Assembly (NCBI GenBank): GCA_017398145.1
Contig: JAFQHD010000214.1
Coordinates: forward strand, 1 to 48,689
Length of the DNA: 48,689 nt
Direction: 5' to 3'
Source of the DNA: Clostridia bacterium
Lineage (GTDB): Bacteria > Bacillota > Clostridia > Oscillospirales > CAG-272
In this document: piece by piece, positions 8,092 to 18,652 of the stretch
Layout of the letters: each line of letters begins with the position of its first letter
Position numbering within the stretch: position 1 is the first letter of the stretch
Program-made: the position numbers and the translations under genes
Notes under the pieces: generated by a model
What the model saw: the letters and a program-made list of their open reading frames with translations, nothing else
Told to the model about the DNA's origin: nothing
Database searches by the model: none

Positions 8092-9923
8092 TTATTCAGC
8101 AACTTCGCAGTACATGAAGTACTTGTAGCCGAGGGGGTTAGCGAAGAAGCCGGAAACGGAATCATCTACCATGTAGATGTCGGTGTAGTAGTAGAGAGGA
8201 GTGATAGCGCCGGTAGACATGAGGATATCCTCAGCTACGTGCATGAGCTGATAACGAACCTCGTTATCTGTGCAAGCCTTGATCTCAGCGATGAGAACAT
8301 CGTAGGTCTCTGCCCATGTGCCGTCCTCTACCTTGATGTCGTAACCGTAAGCGGTGAGGTCGAGGTCGTACATAGCGAGATCCTTGTGAGCGCCCTTACC
8401 GTACTGAACGTCGTTGTTACCGGAAACGGAGGTCCACATATCGAGGAAGCAGATCGGATCGTTGTAGTCTGCGAGCCAGCCGTTACGAGCTACAGTGTAG
8501 CCGCCGTCCTTACGAGTGTTAAGGAATGTAGCCCATTCCTGGTTCTCGAGCTGCATGTTGATACCAACTGCTGCAAGAGCGGACTGGAGGTACTCACCGA
8601 TGAGCTTGTGAGCATCGGAAGTGTTGTAGAGGTATGTGATGGTGGGGAAGTTAGTGAACTTCTCGCCGTCCCAGTCATAGTACTTCTTGAGGGTTTCGAT
8701 AGCGGAGTTGAAGTTGGACTCGATAGCTTCCTTGGAAACATCGTAGTAACCGTCATACTCTTCGCTTGTACCTGCTGTCTTGTAGAACTCGGTACCGTCG
8801 GGGTTGGTCATACCCATTGCAACGAATGCGGGAGCGGGAACCTGACCTGCCTGACCGATCTCTTCTACGATGTAGTTACGGTCGTAGAGAAGACCGATAG
8901 CGCTTCTGATCTCAGCCATAGCAGCTTCTGCCTCAGCGCCTGTAAGGGTGTTGCCCTCGGGAAGGATGTTCTCGTTTACATTCCAGTTTACATAGTAAGT
9001 ACCGATCTGGCCTGCTACTACGAACTCTTCGGGATATGTTTCCTTAAGGTTAGCGATTTCGTTTGTAGGAACGTCGTCGATAAGGAGCCATGCACCGTTC
9101 TCGAAGTTAGCGAGCATGTTGTTGGAGTCATCGGAGAGGTAGAACTCGATCTTGTCCATCTTAACTGCGTCTGCATCGTGGTAGTTCTCGTTCTTCTCAA
9201 GTACGATTACAGAGTTGTGCTCCCAAGATGTGATCTTGTATGCACCGTTACATACGTATGTAGAAGGATCAGTTGCCCAGTTTTCGTTAGCTACAACATC
9301 CTCACGAACGGGGAAGTAGGTGGGGAATGCAAGGAGCTCGTTCCAGTAGGAAACTGCGTTTGCGAGAGTAACCTCGAGGGTCTTGTCATCCTTAGCTACA
9401 ACATTGAGCTTAGCGTCGGGGTTAACGGGGTTGCCGTCATCATCAACATCCCAAACATCAGCGTAACCGTCAACAACCTCGAACATGTAACCGTAGTCTG
9501 CTGCGAGAGCTACGGAAGCAGCACGCTGCCATGCAAATGCGAAGTCGCCTGCGGTAACTGCCTTACCGTCGGACCAGTTTACACCGTCCTTGATGGTGTA
9601 GGTGTAGGTTACGGTACCGTCCTCGTTTACAACGCCTTCAACGAGCTCTTCGGCTGCGTCAGCTACGATAACGAGCTTGCCATCCTCGTCCTGTGCCCAC
9701 TTAGCGAGGCCGGAGAAAAGATGGAAACCATGGTTGCGCCGTCAACTGCGGAGTTGAGGGCAGGGTCGATTGTGTCAGGCTCAGATGCGAGACATACTGC
9801 CATAGAGGTAGGCTCTGCATTTGCCTGTTCGTCACCCGTAGAGGGATCTTTGGTTGCAGGAGTACATGCTGCAAAAGAGAGAAGCATAACTGCTGCAAGG
9901 AGGAGTGCTAAAAACTTCTTCAT
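8092..9923 (-). pseudogene. oppA: oligopeptide ABC substrate-binding lipoprotein (family 5, OppA-like) with a 1-nt frameshift
   Basis: The signal/lipobox N-terminus (MKKFLALLLAAVMLLSFAAC...EPDTIDPALNSAVDGATMVS) is in one frame from 9923. From about 9723 the family-conserved continuation HLFSGLAKWAQDEDGK... runs in the frame of ORF 8092-9486 (79 codons upstream of its first Met, no stops). Total length is 1832 nt, which is not a multiple of 3. Confidence 0.8.
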
Positions 9924-10014
9924 GAGTTTTTCTTCCTTTCTTAAAAAATTTCTTTTTTAATTTAAGCCTTTCGGCTTAGTTAACATGATTGATGCGTGAT
10001 CTGACAGATCACAT

Positions 10015-11004
10015 TCAGTTAGCCTTGTCTATATTATGACAAGCTACGAAATGACCCTTTTCAACCTCCTTGAACTCGGGCATTTCACACGCACACTGCT
10101 CTGTTGCATAGCGGCAACGGGTACGGAAGGGACATCCGGAGGGAGCGTTGAGGGGGCTGGGGATATCACCCTCGAGGGCGATACGCTGGTTTGCTCTTGC
10201 GATCTTGGGATCGGGCACGGGCACCGCGGAGAGCAGAGACTTAGAGTAGGGGTGCAGAGGTCTGTTGTAGATCTCGTCTGCATCTGCCAGCTCTACCATT
10301 TTACCGAGGTACATAACCGCGATACGGTCACTGATGTGACGAACAACAAGAAGGTCGTGAGCGATAAAGAGATAAGTAAGTCCCTTCTTATCCTGAAGCT
10401 CGTCGAACATATTGATAACCTGTGCCTGAATCGAAACATCAAGTGCGGAAACAGGCTCGTCACATACGATAAAGTCAGGATCAAGAGCGAGAGCACGGGC
10501 GATACCGATACGCTGACGCTGACCGCCTGAGAACTCGTGTGCATATCTGGAGGCGTGCTCGGAGTTAAGTCCGACCTCTGCCATCAGTTCGAGGATACGC
10601 TCTTCTCTTTCTTTTTTGTTGGCATACATCTTGTGAATGTCAAGGGGCTCACCGATGATGTCGGAAACTGTCATTCTGGGATTGAGGGATGAATAGGGGT
10701 CCTGGAAAACCATTGTAGCCTTCTTACGGAACTCCTTTATCTGGGATTTGGTCTTAACGGGATCACCGTTATAAAAGACCTCTCCTCCGGTAGGCTTGTA
10801 GAGGTGGAGCAGAGTTCTGCCGACGGTTGTTTTGCCGCAGCCCGACTCACCAACGAGACCGAGAGTCTCGCCCTTCTTTATAGAGAAGGAAACATCATCG
10901 ACCGCCTTTAAGGGCTTGGTCTTGAAGGCACCTACATTGATATTGAAATATTCTTTTAAATTCTTGACCTCTATCAGCGGAGTTTCAAACTTCTTGTCTT
11001 CCAT
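10015..11004 (-). CDS. oppF: oligopeptide ABC transporter ATP-binding protein
   Basis: Walker [10 protein letters not shown], signature FSGGQRQR, and a C-terminal Cys-containing oligopeptide-ABC extension. Confidence 0.9.
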   Translation of the reverse strand: MEDKKFETPLIEVKNLKEYFNINVGAFKTKPLKAVDDVSFSIKKGETLGLVGESGCGKTTVGRTLLHLYKPTGGEVFYNGDPVKTKSQIKEFRKKATMVFQDPYSSLNPRMTVSDIIGEPLDIHKMYANKKEREERILELMAEVGLNSEHASRYAHEFSGGQRQRIGIARALALDPDFIVCDEPVSALDVSIQAQVINMFDELQDKKGLTYLFIAHDLLVVRHISDRIAVMYLGKMVELADADEIYNRPLHPYSKSLLSAVPVPDPKIARANQRIALEGDIPSPLNAPSGCPFRTRCRYATEQCACEMPEFKEVEKGHFVACHNIDKAN

Positions 11005-12026
11005 TATTCTTCTCCGCCTTTCTCGGATTCAAGGACAGGCTCTACCTCTCCTGCCTCCATGCCGTTTTTTACATTCATCCAGCATCTTGCCGCGTGGTCG
11101 TCATTTATTTTCATGAAGGGACCGGGATGCTTGATGCAGACCTTCATTGCCGCGTCACAACGGGGTGCAAAGGGGCAACCCTCGGGCATGTTAAGAAGGT
11201 CGATAGGTGTACCCGTGATGGGATGAAGCTTCTTTCCCGCTGTATTCTGTGTGGGGATAGAACGCATAAGACCCTTGGTGTACTCGTGACGGGGATTGTA
11301 GAAGATCTCGTCTGCGGTACCCTGCTCACAGATAGAGCCTGCGTACATTACGATAACCTCGTCGCACATCTGAGCCACAACGCCTAAGTCGTGGGTGATC
11401 ATAATGATAGCCATACCCAGCTCCTTCTGGAGTGACTGCATAAGCTCAAGGATCTGCGCCTGAATGGTTACGTCAAGAGCCGTGGTGGGCTCGTCTGCTA
11501 TAAGGATATCAGGCTCGCACGCCAGAGCCATAGCGATCATTACTCTCTGACGCATACCGCCGGAGAGCTCGTAGGGATACTGCTTCATACGCTTGAGGGG
11601 CTCGTTTACGTTAACCAGCTGAAGCATCTCCACAGCTCTGTCCCACGCCTGCTTTTTATTTCTGTCTGTATGGAGGGTGATCGCCTCCATAAGCTGATGT
11701 CCGATAGTATAGGTAGGGTTAAGGCTGGTCATAGGGTCCTGAAAGATGATAGAGATCTTGTTACCTCTAACCGTTTTCATGACCTTTTCACCTGCTCCGA
11801 CAAGCTCTTCGCCGTCAAGCTTGATAGAGCCGCCGACGATCTTACCCGTGCTTGCAAGGATCTGCATGATGGAATATGCGGTTACCGACTTACCTGAGCC
11901 GGACTCGCCGACTATTCCGAGCACCTTACCTCTCTCGAGGAAGAAGGAAACTCCGTTTACTGCCTTTACTTCACCTGCAGGAGTGAAGAAGGAGGTTCTT
12001 AAATCTTTAACTTCAAGAAGTGACAT
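11004..12026 (-). CDS. oppD: oligopeptide ABC transporter ATP-binding protein
   Basis: Walker A GESGSGKS, signature LSGGMRQR, Walker [13 protein letters not shown]. Confidence 0.9.
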   Translation of the reverse strand: MSLLEVKDLRTSFFTPAGEVKAVNGVSFFLERGKVLGIVGESGSGKSVTAYSIMQILASTGKIVGGSIKLDGEELVGAGEKVMKTVRGNKISIIFQDPMTSLNPTYTIGHQLMEAITLHTDRNKKQAWDRAVEMLQLVNVNEPLKRMKQYPYELSGGMRQRVMIAMALACEPDILIADEPTTALDVTIQAQILELMQSLQKELGMAIIMITHDLGVVAQMCDEVIVMYAGSICEQGTADEIFYNPRHEYTKGLMRSIPTQNTAGKKLHPITGTPIDLLNMPEGCPFAPRCDAAMKVCIKHPGPFMKINDDHAARCWMNVKNGMEAGEVEPVLESEKGGEE

Positions 12027-12044
12027 TTTTTAACCCCCTTTATA

Positions 12045-13109
12045 CTAATTTTTAAGCTTGGGGTCAAATGCATCGCGCAGACCGTCACCGAAAAGGTTGA
12101 GGGAAAGAACGATAAGAGAAATGACCACTGCGGGTATTACGAGAAGATGAGGATAGGATTTGATACCGTTTAAGGCATCGGATGCAAGAGAGCCCAGAGA
12201 AGGCATGGGTGCGTTAACACCAAGGCCGAGGAAGGAGAGGTAGCTCTCTGTAAAGATAGCACTGGGGATCTGAAGCGCTGTAGAAATTACGATAACGCTG
12301 ATACAGTTGGGAAGAAGGTGCTTACGGATGATCCATCCGCCCTTGGCACCGGTAGCGCGGGAGGAAAGCACATATTCCTGCTCACGAAGGGAAAGTATCT
12401 GTCCGCGGATAAGACGTGACATGGATACCCAGTAGAGTGTACCGAACACTATGAAAAGGCTGATGATGTTGGTACCAAGCTTTTCAAACATTGTACCGGA
12501 GATAGCAGTCTCGAGCGCTGAGTTAAGAACCGCTGCCAACAGGATTACCATCAGCATATCAGGCAGAGAATAGATAATATCGACTATTCTCATTATTACA
12601 AGGTCCACCTTGCCGCCGCAGTAGCCTGCGACAGAGCCGATGGTAACGCCTATAATAAGAACGATAAGACTTGCAAAGAAGCCTACCGCCAGGGAGATAC
12701 GGGTTCCGTATACCACACGGATAAAGTAGTCACGGCCTGCTGAGTCTGTTCCGAAGATGTGGGGGAATACAAACTCTCCGGCTTCCTTTCTCTCAAGCTC
12801 TGTCTCGCCGTATTCAAAGGGAGCCAAATTCTTAAATGAAGCGTCAACAGGCTTACCGGGGGTAATACCAAGCTGCTGCTCGTAGGAATAGGGCCATACA
12901 GCGGGCAGTATGATGGATGAAAGTGCGATTATAATTACGATGAAAAAGCTGACTGTAGCAACCTTGTTTCTGAGAAGACGCTTTACGCCGTCCTTAAAGA
13001 ATGTAGAGGAGGGGCGCATCTTCACCATATATTCTTTTTCTTGTGCCGTTGCGGGGATAAAAGAGTCCATGTTTACATGAAAACTGAACGGCATCTTGAA
13101 CTTTGCCAT
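12045..13109 (-). CDS. oppC: oligopeptide ABC transporter permease
   Basis: Polytopic membrane protein with a binding-protein-dependent transport EAA-type loop (SSRATGAKGGWIIRKHLLPN). Confidence 0.85.
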   Translation of the reverse strand: MAKFKMPFSFHVNMDSFIPATAQEKEYMVKMRPSSTFFKDGVKRLLRNKVATVSFFIVIIIALSSIILPAVWPYSYEQQLGITPGKPVDASFKNLAPFEYGETELERKEAGEFVFPHIFGTDSAGRDYFIRVVYGTRISLAVGFFASLIVLIIGVTIGSVAGYCGGKVDLVIMRIVDIIYSLPDMLMVILLAAVLNSALETAISGTMFEKLGTNIISLFIVFGTLYWVSMSRLIRGQILSLREQEYVLSSRATGAKGGWIIRKHLLPNCISVIVISTALQIPSAIFTESYLSFLGLGVNAPMPSLGSLASDALNGIKSYPHLLVIPAVVISLIVLSLNLFGDGLRDAFDPKLKN

Positions 13110-13128
13110 AATATATTCTTCCTCCTTC

Positions 13129-14058
13129 TTATTCGAATGTGATTCTGGGGTCTACTACCTTATAGAGTATATCGCTGACAAGGTTCATCACAACGATAAG
13201 AGTAGCAAGAACGATGGTCGTACCCATGATGAGGGGGTAGTCACGGCCTGTAATACTGTTTACGAATGCTCTGCCGATACCGGGAACCGCAAAGATCTTT
13301 TCAACTACGAGAGAGCCGGTTACGATATAAGCAAGCATAGGGCCGAAATAGGTGATAACGGGGATAAGGGAGTTCTTGAGAGCGTGTCCGAAGATAATCT
13401 TGAACTTAGAAACACCCTTTGCCTTGGCTGTTCTGATATAGTCCTGACCCAATACATCAAGCATCGAGGATCTGGTAAGTCGGGTTATATAAGCCATGGG
13501 ATAAAGTGCAAGAGTTATAACCGGGAGGATCAGTCCGCCCTGTGCCGCACCGTTCGCCGGGAACCATTGCAGCTTTACCGCAAACCCTAACAGCAGAAGC
13601 GATCCCATAATAAAGGATGGCATCGAAACGAATGCGGTAGTTATTACCATAATTACTCTGTCGATGAACTTGTTTCTGTTAAGAGCGGCTACCGAGCCTA
13701 AGATCGTTCCGGCTATAAGAGCAGAGAACGCAGCTGTAAGACCTAACTTTGCAGAAACCTTCATACCGTCGAAGATAACGTCGATAACGTCACGGCCTCT
13801 CTGCTTAAGGGAGGGACCGAAATCAAACTTAGTCACGACATCCTTAAGATAGGTGACATACTGCTCACCTACAGGCTTGTCAAGTCCGTATTTTGCCTCC
13901 AGAGCCTGCATTGCTGCCGGAGAGATGGCCTTCTCTCCCATAAAGGGTCCGCCGGGAACCAGACGGGTAACGAAGAAGGTTACGGTTATAACCACCCATA
14001 CCGTCAGCAGGGCCAGCAAAACTCTCTTTAATATGTAAACTAAAGTTTTTGTGTTCAT
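13129..14058 (-). CDS. oppB: oligopeptide ABC transporter permease
   Basis: Start set at the MNTKTLVYILKR ATG (14058) with an AGGTGG RBS. Typical OppB/DppB start and EAA loop (IRTAKAKGVSKFKIIFGHALKN). Confidence 0.85.
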   Translation of the reverse strand: MNTKTLVYILKRVLLALLTVWVVITVTFFVTRLVPGGPFMGEKAISPAAMQALEAKYGLDKPVGEQYVTYLKDVVTKFDFGPSLKQRGRDVIDVIFDGMKVSAKLGLTAAFSALIAGTILGSVAALNRNKFIDRVIMVITTAFVSMPSFIMGSLLLLGFAVKLQWFPANGAAQGGLILPVITLALYPMAYITRLTRSSMLDVLGQDYIRTAKAKGVSKFKIIFGHALKNSLIPVITYFGPMLAYIVTGSLVVEKIFAVPGIGRAFVNSITGRDYPLIMGTTIVLATLIVVMNLVSDILYKVVDPRITFE

Positions 14059-14225
14059 TATTTTACCACCTGATATTTTGATAATGCTTGATAAGTATAA
14101 GCCTGATTTTGTCTGTCTGCATATACTTAGCATTATTATAATATATCTTTTATGAAAAATCAATATAATTTTAAACAAAAAGTAAAGGTAAAGTTGAAAA
14201 TTTATGTCAAAATTTGAATTTCAGG

Positions 14226-14253
14226 TTGCCAAATCATAATATTTCGATATAAT
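14226..14253 (+). promoter_or_regulatory. candidate sigma-A promoter for the kinase gene
   Basis: TTGCCA (14226-14231), 16-nt spacer, TATAAT (14248-14253). Confidence 0.4.
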
Positions 14254-14276
14254 AAATATATAAAGGAGGTGTTCAT

Positions 14277-15269
14277 ATGACAAGAATAGACGACTGTCTC
14301 GACGAATACCGTGAGTGGTGCAACAAATTGGGTATAGTTACTGTATCCGATATAAACAGGCTCATAACCGAGGGTAAGGTAAATTGGCTTATAAATGTAA
14401 GCGAGATATGGCAGGAGCAGAAGATATCCGAGATAGCACGGCAGATAAAGGATAATATAGAAAGAAAAAGGATAATCATGATATCCGGCCCCTCCTCCTC
14501 GGGTAAGACCTCTTTTGCCAACCGTCTGGCACTGCATCTCAAGGTGCTGGGTATAAGCTCCTGTGCCATAAGCCTTGACGATTATTATCTTCCCCGTGAG
14601 CGTATACCCTTGGACGAGGACGGAAAATACGATTTTGAGACCATAGAGGCTCTTGATTATGAGCTTTTCAATAAAAACGTATACGACCTTATCGAGGGCA
14701 AAAAAGCGGAGCTTCCTATATTTGATTTTAAAAATTCCGCGCCTAAGACCGAAACAAGAGCTTTGACTCTGTCCGATGATGAGGTGATAATAGTGGAGGG
14801 TATCCACGGACTTAACGACAAGCTGACCTGCAATATTCCCTCGGATAATAAGTACCGTATCTACTGTACCGCTCTGACGGCACTTTGCCGTGACGACGGC
14901 TCAAAGATAAGATCCCGCACCACCCGTCTGATAAGGAGACTTATACGCGACTACAACTTTCGCGGTACGGGTGTGGAGCGTACTCTTGAGCAGTGGCCCC
15001 TTGTGGAAAAGGGAGCGGAAAAATATATATTCCCCTTTACCGACTCGGCGGATATCATCTTCAACTCCTCTATATTATACGAGCATTGTATATATAAGAT
15101 ATATCTCAACGAGCTGCTTTTCGGTATGAGCGAGGAGCATAGCGGATATGAGAGCACGAGGGATCTGTGCTGTCTTATAAACAGCTTCAGACATATCGAC
15201 CGTGAGTTTGTTCCAAAGACCTCGCTTGTACGCGAGTTTGTAGGCGGAAGCACGTTGATAGAACAATAG
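14277..15269 (+). CDS. uridine kinase / phosphoribulokinase-family P-loop nucleoside kinase
   Basis: Walker A ISGPSSSGKTSF, then SLDDYYL and PIFDF motifs typical of the PRK/uridine kinase family. AAGGAGG RBS. Confidence 0.7.
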   Translation: MTRIDDCLDEYREWCNKLGIVTVSDINRLITEGKVNWLINVSEIWQEQKISEIARQIKDNIERKRIIMISGPSSSGKTSFANRLALHLKVLGISSCAISLDDYYLPRERIPLDEDGKYDFETIEALDYELFNKNVYDLIEGKKAELPIFDFKNSAPKTETRALTLSDDEVIIVEGIHGLNDKLTCNIPSDNKYRIYCTALTALCRDDGSKIRSRTTRLIRRLIRDYNFRGTGVERTLEQWPLVEKGAEKYIFPFTDSADIIFNSSILYEHCIYKIYLNELLFGMSEEHSGYESTRDLCCLINSFRHIDREFVPKTSLVREFVGGSTLIEQ

Positions 15270-15317
15270 GATATTGTTCTATCAATGAATAATGAAGAAT
15301 GAATAATTAATAATGTA

Positions 15318-15352
15318 GAAATCCGTTGCCGAAGCAACGGATTTCGTATTTA
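15318..15352 (+). terminator. rho-independent terminator
   Basis: gaaatccgttgc-cgaa-gcaacggatttc followed by a T-rich tail. Confidence 0.7.
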
Positions 15353-15353
15353 T

Positions 15354-15382
15354 TTGACATATAATTCAGAATGTGATATAAT
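15354..15382 (+). promoter_or_regulatory. consensus sigma-A promoter abutting the 15389 start codon
   Basis: TTGACA (15354-15359), 17-nt spacer with TGn, TATAAT (15377-15382). The ATG follows 6 nt later. Confidence 0.55.
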
Positions 15383-15388
15383 TATTAT

Positions 15389-17962
15389 ATGTTTACATTT
15401 AATAATTATATCAAAAAAATCACGGCAATAATGCTTTTATGCGTTATGTTCGTAGGTATTCTCCCTTTGGGGGTAAGTGCCGTAAATACCGACCAGGTCA
15501 CATTGAATATGACCAATCTTAAGGCAGCAACCTATCCCGACGGCTGGTACTGGTGCGGAGGGGATCCCTATAAGAGCATTTCCTACAGCGGCTGTGGAAA
15601 AAAGACGACCTGCTTGTGCAACAACTTCAACAACGCCTATCAGTGCCACGGCTTTGCGCTTATAATGGCACAGAGAACCGTGGGCTCTTTTCCCGCCATT
15701 CGTCTTGCGGGCTACAGACACGGAGTTACCTCTAACGGCTGGACCGTCTATACCTCCGTGGGTATAGGCAAGCCTGCCCTATGTGCTATGGGGCTTCGTC
15801 CGGGTGATATCGTCCGTGCCTCCGCAAGGTCGGATTTTTCGGACGGACATACGGCTATCGTCTGGAAAGTAGAGGACGGCAAGGTTTACTTTGCCGAGTG
15901 CTGGGGTCATGTTTATTCCAAGATACACTGGGGCTCCTTTAACGGAGCACATACCTCTATGGAGAGTATCTGTGCCGCTTATACATATGTAGCTCTTGTC
16001 CGTAACTCTTCGGTTCAGATAGGTACGGGAGCTTGTCCCCACAGCTACAGAGAAGGTCATGAGGGAACACACCCTCACCGAAAATATACAGCCTGCATAT
16101 ACTGTCAGGATACCAAGTATACAGGTGAGTATGCGACGGTTTCAAACTGTGTATGCTGTAAGGGCGTTCACGACTATGCTGTATCAAACGAGGAGGTCCA
16201 TCCCCACAAGGAGACGAAAACCTGCCGTATGTGCGGTTATTTTGCCTATACGGGCAAGACTGCTGTAAAAGCCGACTGTCCGATATGTCAGGGAATACCC
16301 TATGATCTTAATATTTCCTTTGAAAAGGATAGCTATTTTGCAGGTGAAACGGTAAAGCTTGAGTTCTCGGCGCAGAATGCGGCGAGATACAGAGTGGTTG
16401 TAAAAAAAGACGGCGTTAAGCTTGCGGAATATAATAATATCACCGACACCTCAGCCATCTTTGATACGGAGGGAGTGGGTAATTATATCGCTGCCGTTAC
16501 AGCCTATGCCGACGACGGTAAGAGCGTTTCCGCCGACAGTGCCGTGCTTTCGGTCAAGGCTCCCATAACCGATGTTACGGTTGAAGAGAATATATATTAT
16601 ATTACGTACGGCTTACGACTTGATGAGGAGAGTGCTCTTTCCTTCTGCGAGGAGAGAGGACTTGTACTGTCTACGTATACCGATGTCTTCTTTACTGCCG
16701 CCTTTGAGACAGACAAGCTCGAAAGCGAGTATATGTCCGAGAACCTGTATACATATTTCCCTATTCCCCTGTCATATTACGAGGCTGTGGATTTTGCAAA
16801 ATGCATGGGAGGTATCCTTGCCTCCTCTGACAGTCCCGAGACACAAGCCGTGCTTGTAAAGCTTTGTGACGAGACCGTCTCTGACGGAATAATCCTCGGC
16901 TCAAGAGACAGCGCAAGCGAGGGAATATGGATAACCGAGGAGAACAGAGCTCTTGAGTATTTCAACTGGAATATCTCCTATATCGGCGGCGCTGACCGCT
17001 ACAAAAACTGTCTCTTTATGTACCCCGGCGGTACGGTGACCGACAGCTATGAGATGCCTTCGGATCCTCACGGCTTCGTGGTCAAGAGCTACAGCCCCTT
17101 TGAATATATCGATAACGGCGACGACACGCTCACCCTCTTTGTAGTGGAGGCTATCGAGAGCAGTAATCTTGAGATACCCGCAGAGCATAACGGTATGCCT
17201 GTGGTGGCGATACATTCGGACGCCTTTGCAAGGGGTGTCTACGGAGAGATATTTATTCCTTCTTCGATAACCCATATAGATCCCGGAGTTTTTGCCTATG
17301 CAGATATCAGAGGTCTCTGTGTGGAGAGGGATTCCGAAATACATAAGCTTCTCATAGAATATCAGGTAAACGAGGAAATACCCATCCGTTTTGTTTTCCC
17401 GTTCAACGATGTAAGCGAAAAAGCCTGGTATTATGAGGGTGTTCAATATTGCTACGATAATTCTTATATATCGGGTACATCAAAAAATACCTTCTCTCCC
17501 AACAGCAACGTCACCCGCGAACAGTTCGTTATGATGCTTGCTAATATTGCGGGAGCTGACCTCAGCCTCTATGCAGAGACAGAGACGGGTATGACCGACG
17601 TACCTGCGGGCAGATGGTATTCAGCAGCCGTAAGCTGGGCTGTATCAGAGGGATACGTTTCGGGCGTTGCCGAAGGATTGTTCGGCTTAGGTCAGAACAT
17701 CACCCGTGAACAGCTTGCAAGACTTCTTTATCTCTATGCAGAAAAGCAAGGTGTGGATACGGGGTTAAGAGCAGATCTTACAGTTTATACCGATGAATCT
17801 ACAGTTTCGGTTTGGGCTTACGATAACGTAAGCTGGGCGGTTGCCGTAGGACTTATCAGCGGTATGAGTGCCGATACCCTCGGCGCAAGAGGAACTGCCA
17901 CCCGCGCACAGGCGGCAAGGATATTTATGATGTTTGACAGGGTCACGACCCTGTACCCGTAA
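15389..17962 (+). CDS. SLH-anchored multidomain wall protein (CHAP/NlpC-like cysteine peptidase, Cys/His-rich segment, C-type-lectin-like region, BspA-type LRR, 3x SLH)
   Basis: Signal peptide present. QCHGFA and DGHTAIV resemble the CHAP Cys/His motifs. CPHSY...HPHRKYTACIYC...HPHKETKTCRMCG is the Cys/His-rich segment. The C-terminus carries three SLH repeats (FNDVSEKAWYY..., MTDVPAGRWYS..., YTDESTVSVWAY...). Confidence 0.75.
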   Translation: MFTFNNYIKKITAIMLLCVMFVGILPLGVSAVNTDQVTLNMTNLKAATYPDGWYWCGGDPYKSISYSGCGKKTTCLCNNFNNAYQCHGFALIMAQRTVGSFPAIRLAGYRHGVTSNGWTVYTSVGIGKPALCAMGLRPGDIVRASARSDFSDGHTAIVWKVEDGKVYFAECWGHVYSKIHWGSFNGAHTSMESICAAYTYVALVRNSSVQIGTGACPHSYREGHEGTHPHRKYTACIYCQDTKYTGEYATVSNCVCCKGVHDYAVSNEEVHPHKETKTCRMCGYFAYTGKTAVKADCPICQGIPYDLNISFEKDSYFAGETVKLEFSAQNAARYRVVVKKDGVKLAEYNNITDTSAIFDTEGVGNYIAAVTAYADDGKSVSADSAVLSVKAPITDVTVEENIYYITYGLRLDEESALSFCEERGLVLSTYTDVFFTAAFETDKLESEYMSENLYTYFPIPLSYYEAVDFAKCMGGILASSDSPETQAVLVKLCDETVSDGIILGSRDSASEGIWITEENRALEYFNWNISYIGGADRYKNCLFMYPGGTVTDSYEMPSDPHGFVVKSYSPFEYIDNGDDTLTLFVVEAIESSNLEIPAEHNGMPVVAIHSDAFARGVYGEIFIPSSITHIDPGVFAYADIRGLCVERDSEIHKLLIEYQVNEEIPIRFVFPFNDVSEKAWYYEGVQYCYDNSYISGTSKNTFSPNSNVTREQFVMMLANIAGADLSLYAETETGMTDVPAGRWYSAAVSWAVSEGYVSGVAEGLFGLGQNITREQLARLLYLYAEKQGVDTGLRADLTVYTDESTVSVWAYDNVSWAVAVGLISGMSADTLGARGTATRAQAARIFMMFDRVTTLYP

Positions 17963-18010
17963 GCTCACTTAAGGTGCTTATGTTCACACAATAGAAATTA
18001 ATTAAAATGA

Positions 18011-18048
18011 AAAACGACCCATTCTTTTTTTCAGGAACGGGTCGTTTT
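18011..18048. terminator. bidirectional hairpin between convergent genes
   Basis: aaaacgaccc (18011-18020) pairs with gggtcgtttt (18039-18048). Confidence 0.5.
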
Positions 18049-18652
18049 AATTTTGGTTCAAATTTGCGGGAGACATACCATTTATACCTGTCAATGCTTT
18101 AATGTCCTCAAGCAACCAATCCTCGCACTGATCGTAAAAATAATCATCTTTTCTCTTCTTGAAAATTCTGTGCGGGGTAAGTTCGGAGTTATCATAAATA
18201 TGACAGATGTCACATACCGCTACTACTTCCTTTACCAAGGAAAGAGCACGTTTATATCTTTTTACTATTTTATCCTCGGGAACGTCGTGACCGCCTTCGG
18301 CAACTCTTGATTTCACACGGTAGATATTGATCACAGGATCTGCAGTCAGTATATAATAGCACCTGATAAAATATCCTTTTTCCTTTGCTCGCTTTAACAG
18401 ATTTAGGTTTCTATCGGTAGACATAACCGTTTCAAAACAAAATTCCTGCATTTCAGCCAAATGCTTTTCCCGTTGTTTGTCGGCGAGAACCGCTGCTTCC
18501 ATATCGCTGCATTTAAGGGCTTTTTTTATTTCATCCGCGTTGATATAGTCAATAGGCGGTTTCAGAAATTCAGTAAACGTACTTTTGCCCGATCCGTTCG
18601 GTCCGGCAAAAACAACGATTTCAGGCTTTTTTGTCGTTGTTGATGCGTTCAT
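18047..18652 (-). CDS. zeta-toxin-family P-loop kinase (putative type II toxin)
   Basis: About 200 aa. Walker A GPNGSGKSTF lies close to the N-terminus and the overall layout matches PF06414-like ATPases. Start set at MNAST (AGAGG RBS). It overlaps the upstream small ORF by 32 nt. Confidence 0.65.
   Translation of the reverse strand: MNASTTTKKPEIVVFAGPNGSGKSTFTEFLKPPIDYINADEIKKALKCSDMEAAVLADKQREKHLAEMQEFCFETVMSTDRNLNLLKRAKEKGYFIRCYYILTADPVINIYRVKSRVAEGGHDVPEDKIVKRYKRALSLVKEVVAVCDICHIYDNSELTPHRIFKKRKDDYFYDQCEDWLLEDIKALTGINGMSPANLNQN

Noticed and set aside
8239-9960. 573-aa ORF on the plus strand opposite oppA
   Set aside because: It is antisense to a gene with clear family-5 SBP homology. 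The translation is Val/Cys/Gly-rich low-complexity sequence with no RBS or recognisable motifs. This is a typical shadow ORF of a highly codon-biased gene.
9924-10014. Two small hairpins (taagcc-tttc-ggctta at about 9962-9979; gtgatctg-a-cagatcac at about 9996-10012) between oppF and oppA, considered as a regulatory attenuator
   Set aside because: These are short stems with no T-tract and no conserved motif that I can recognise. They are plausibly only an intercistronic stabiliser or partial terminator, which is not enough evidence for a specific call.
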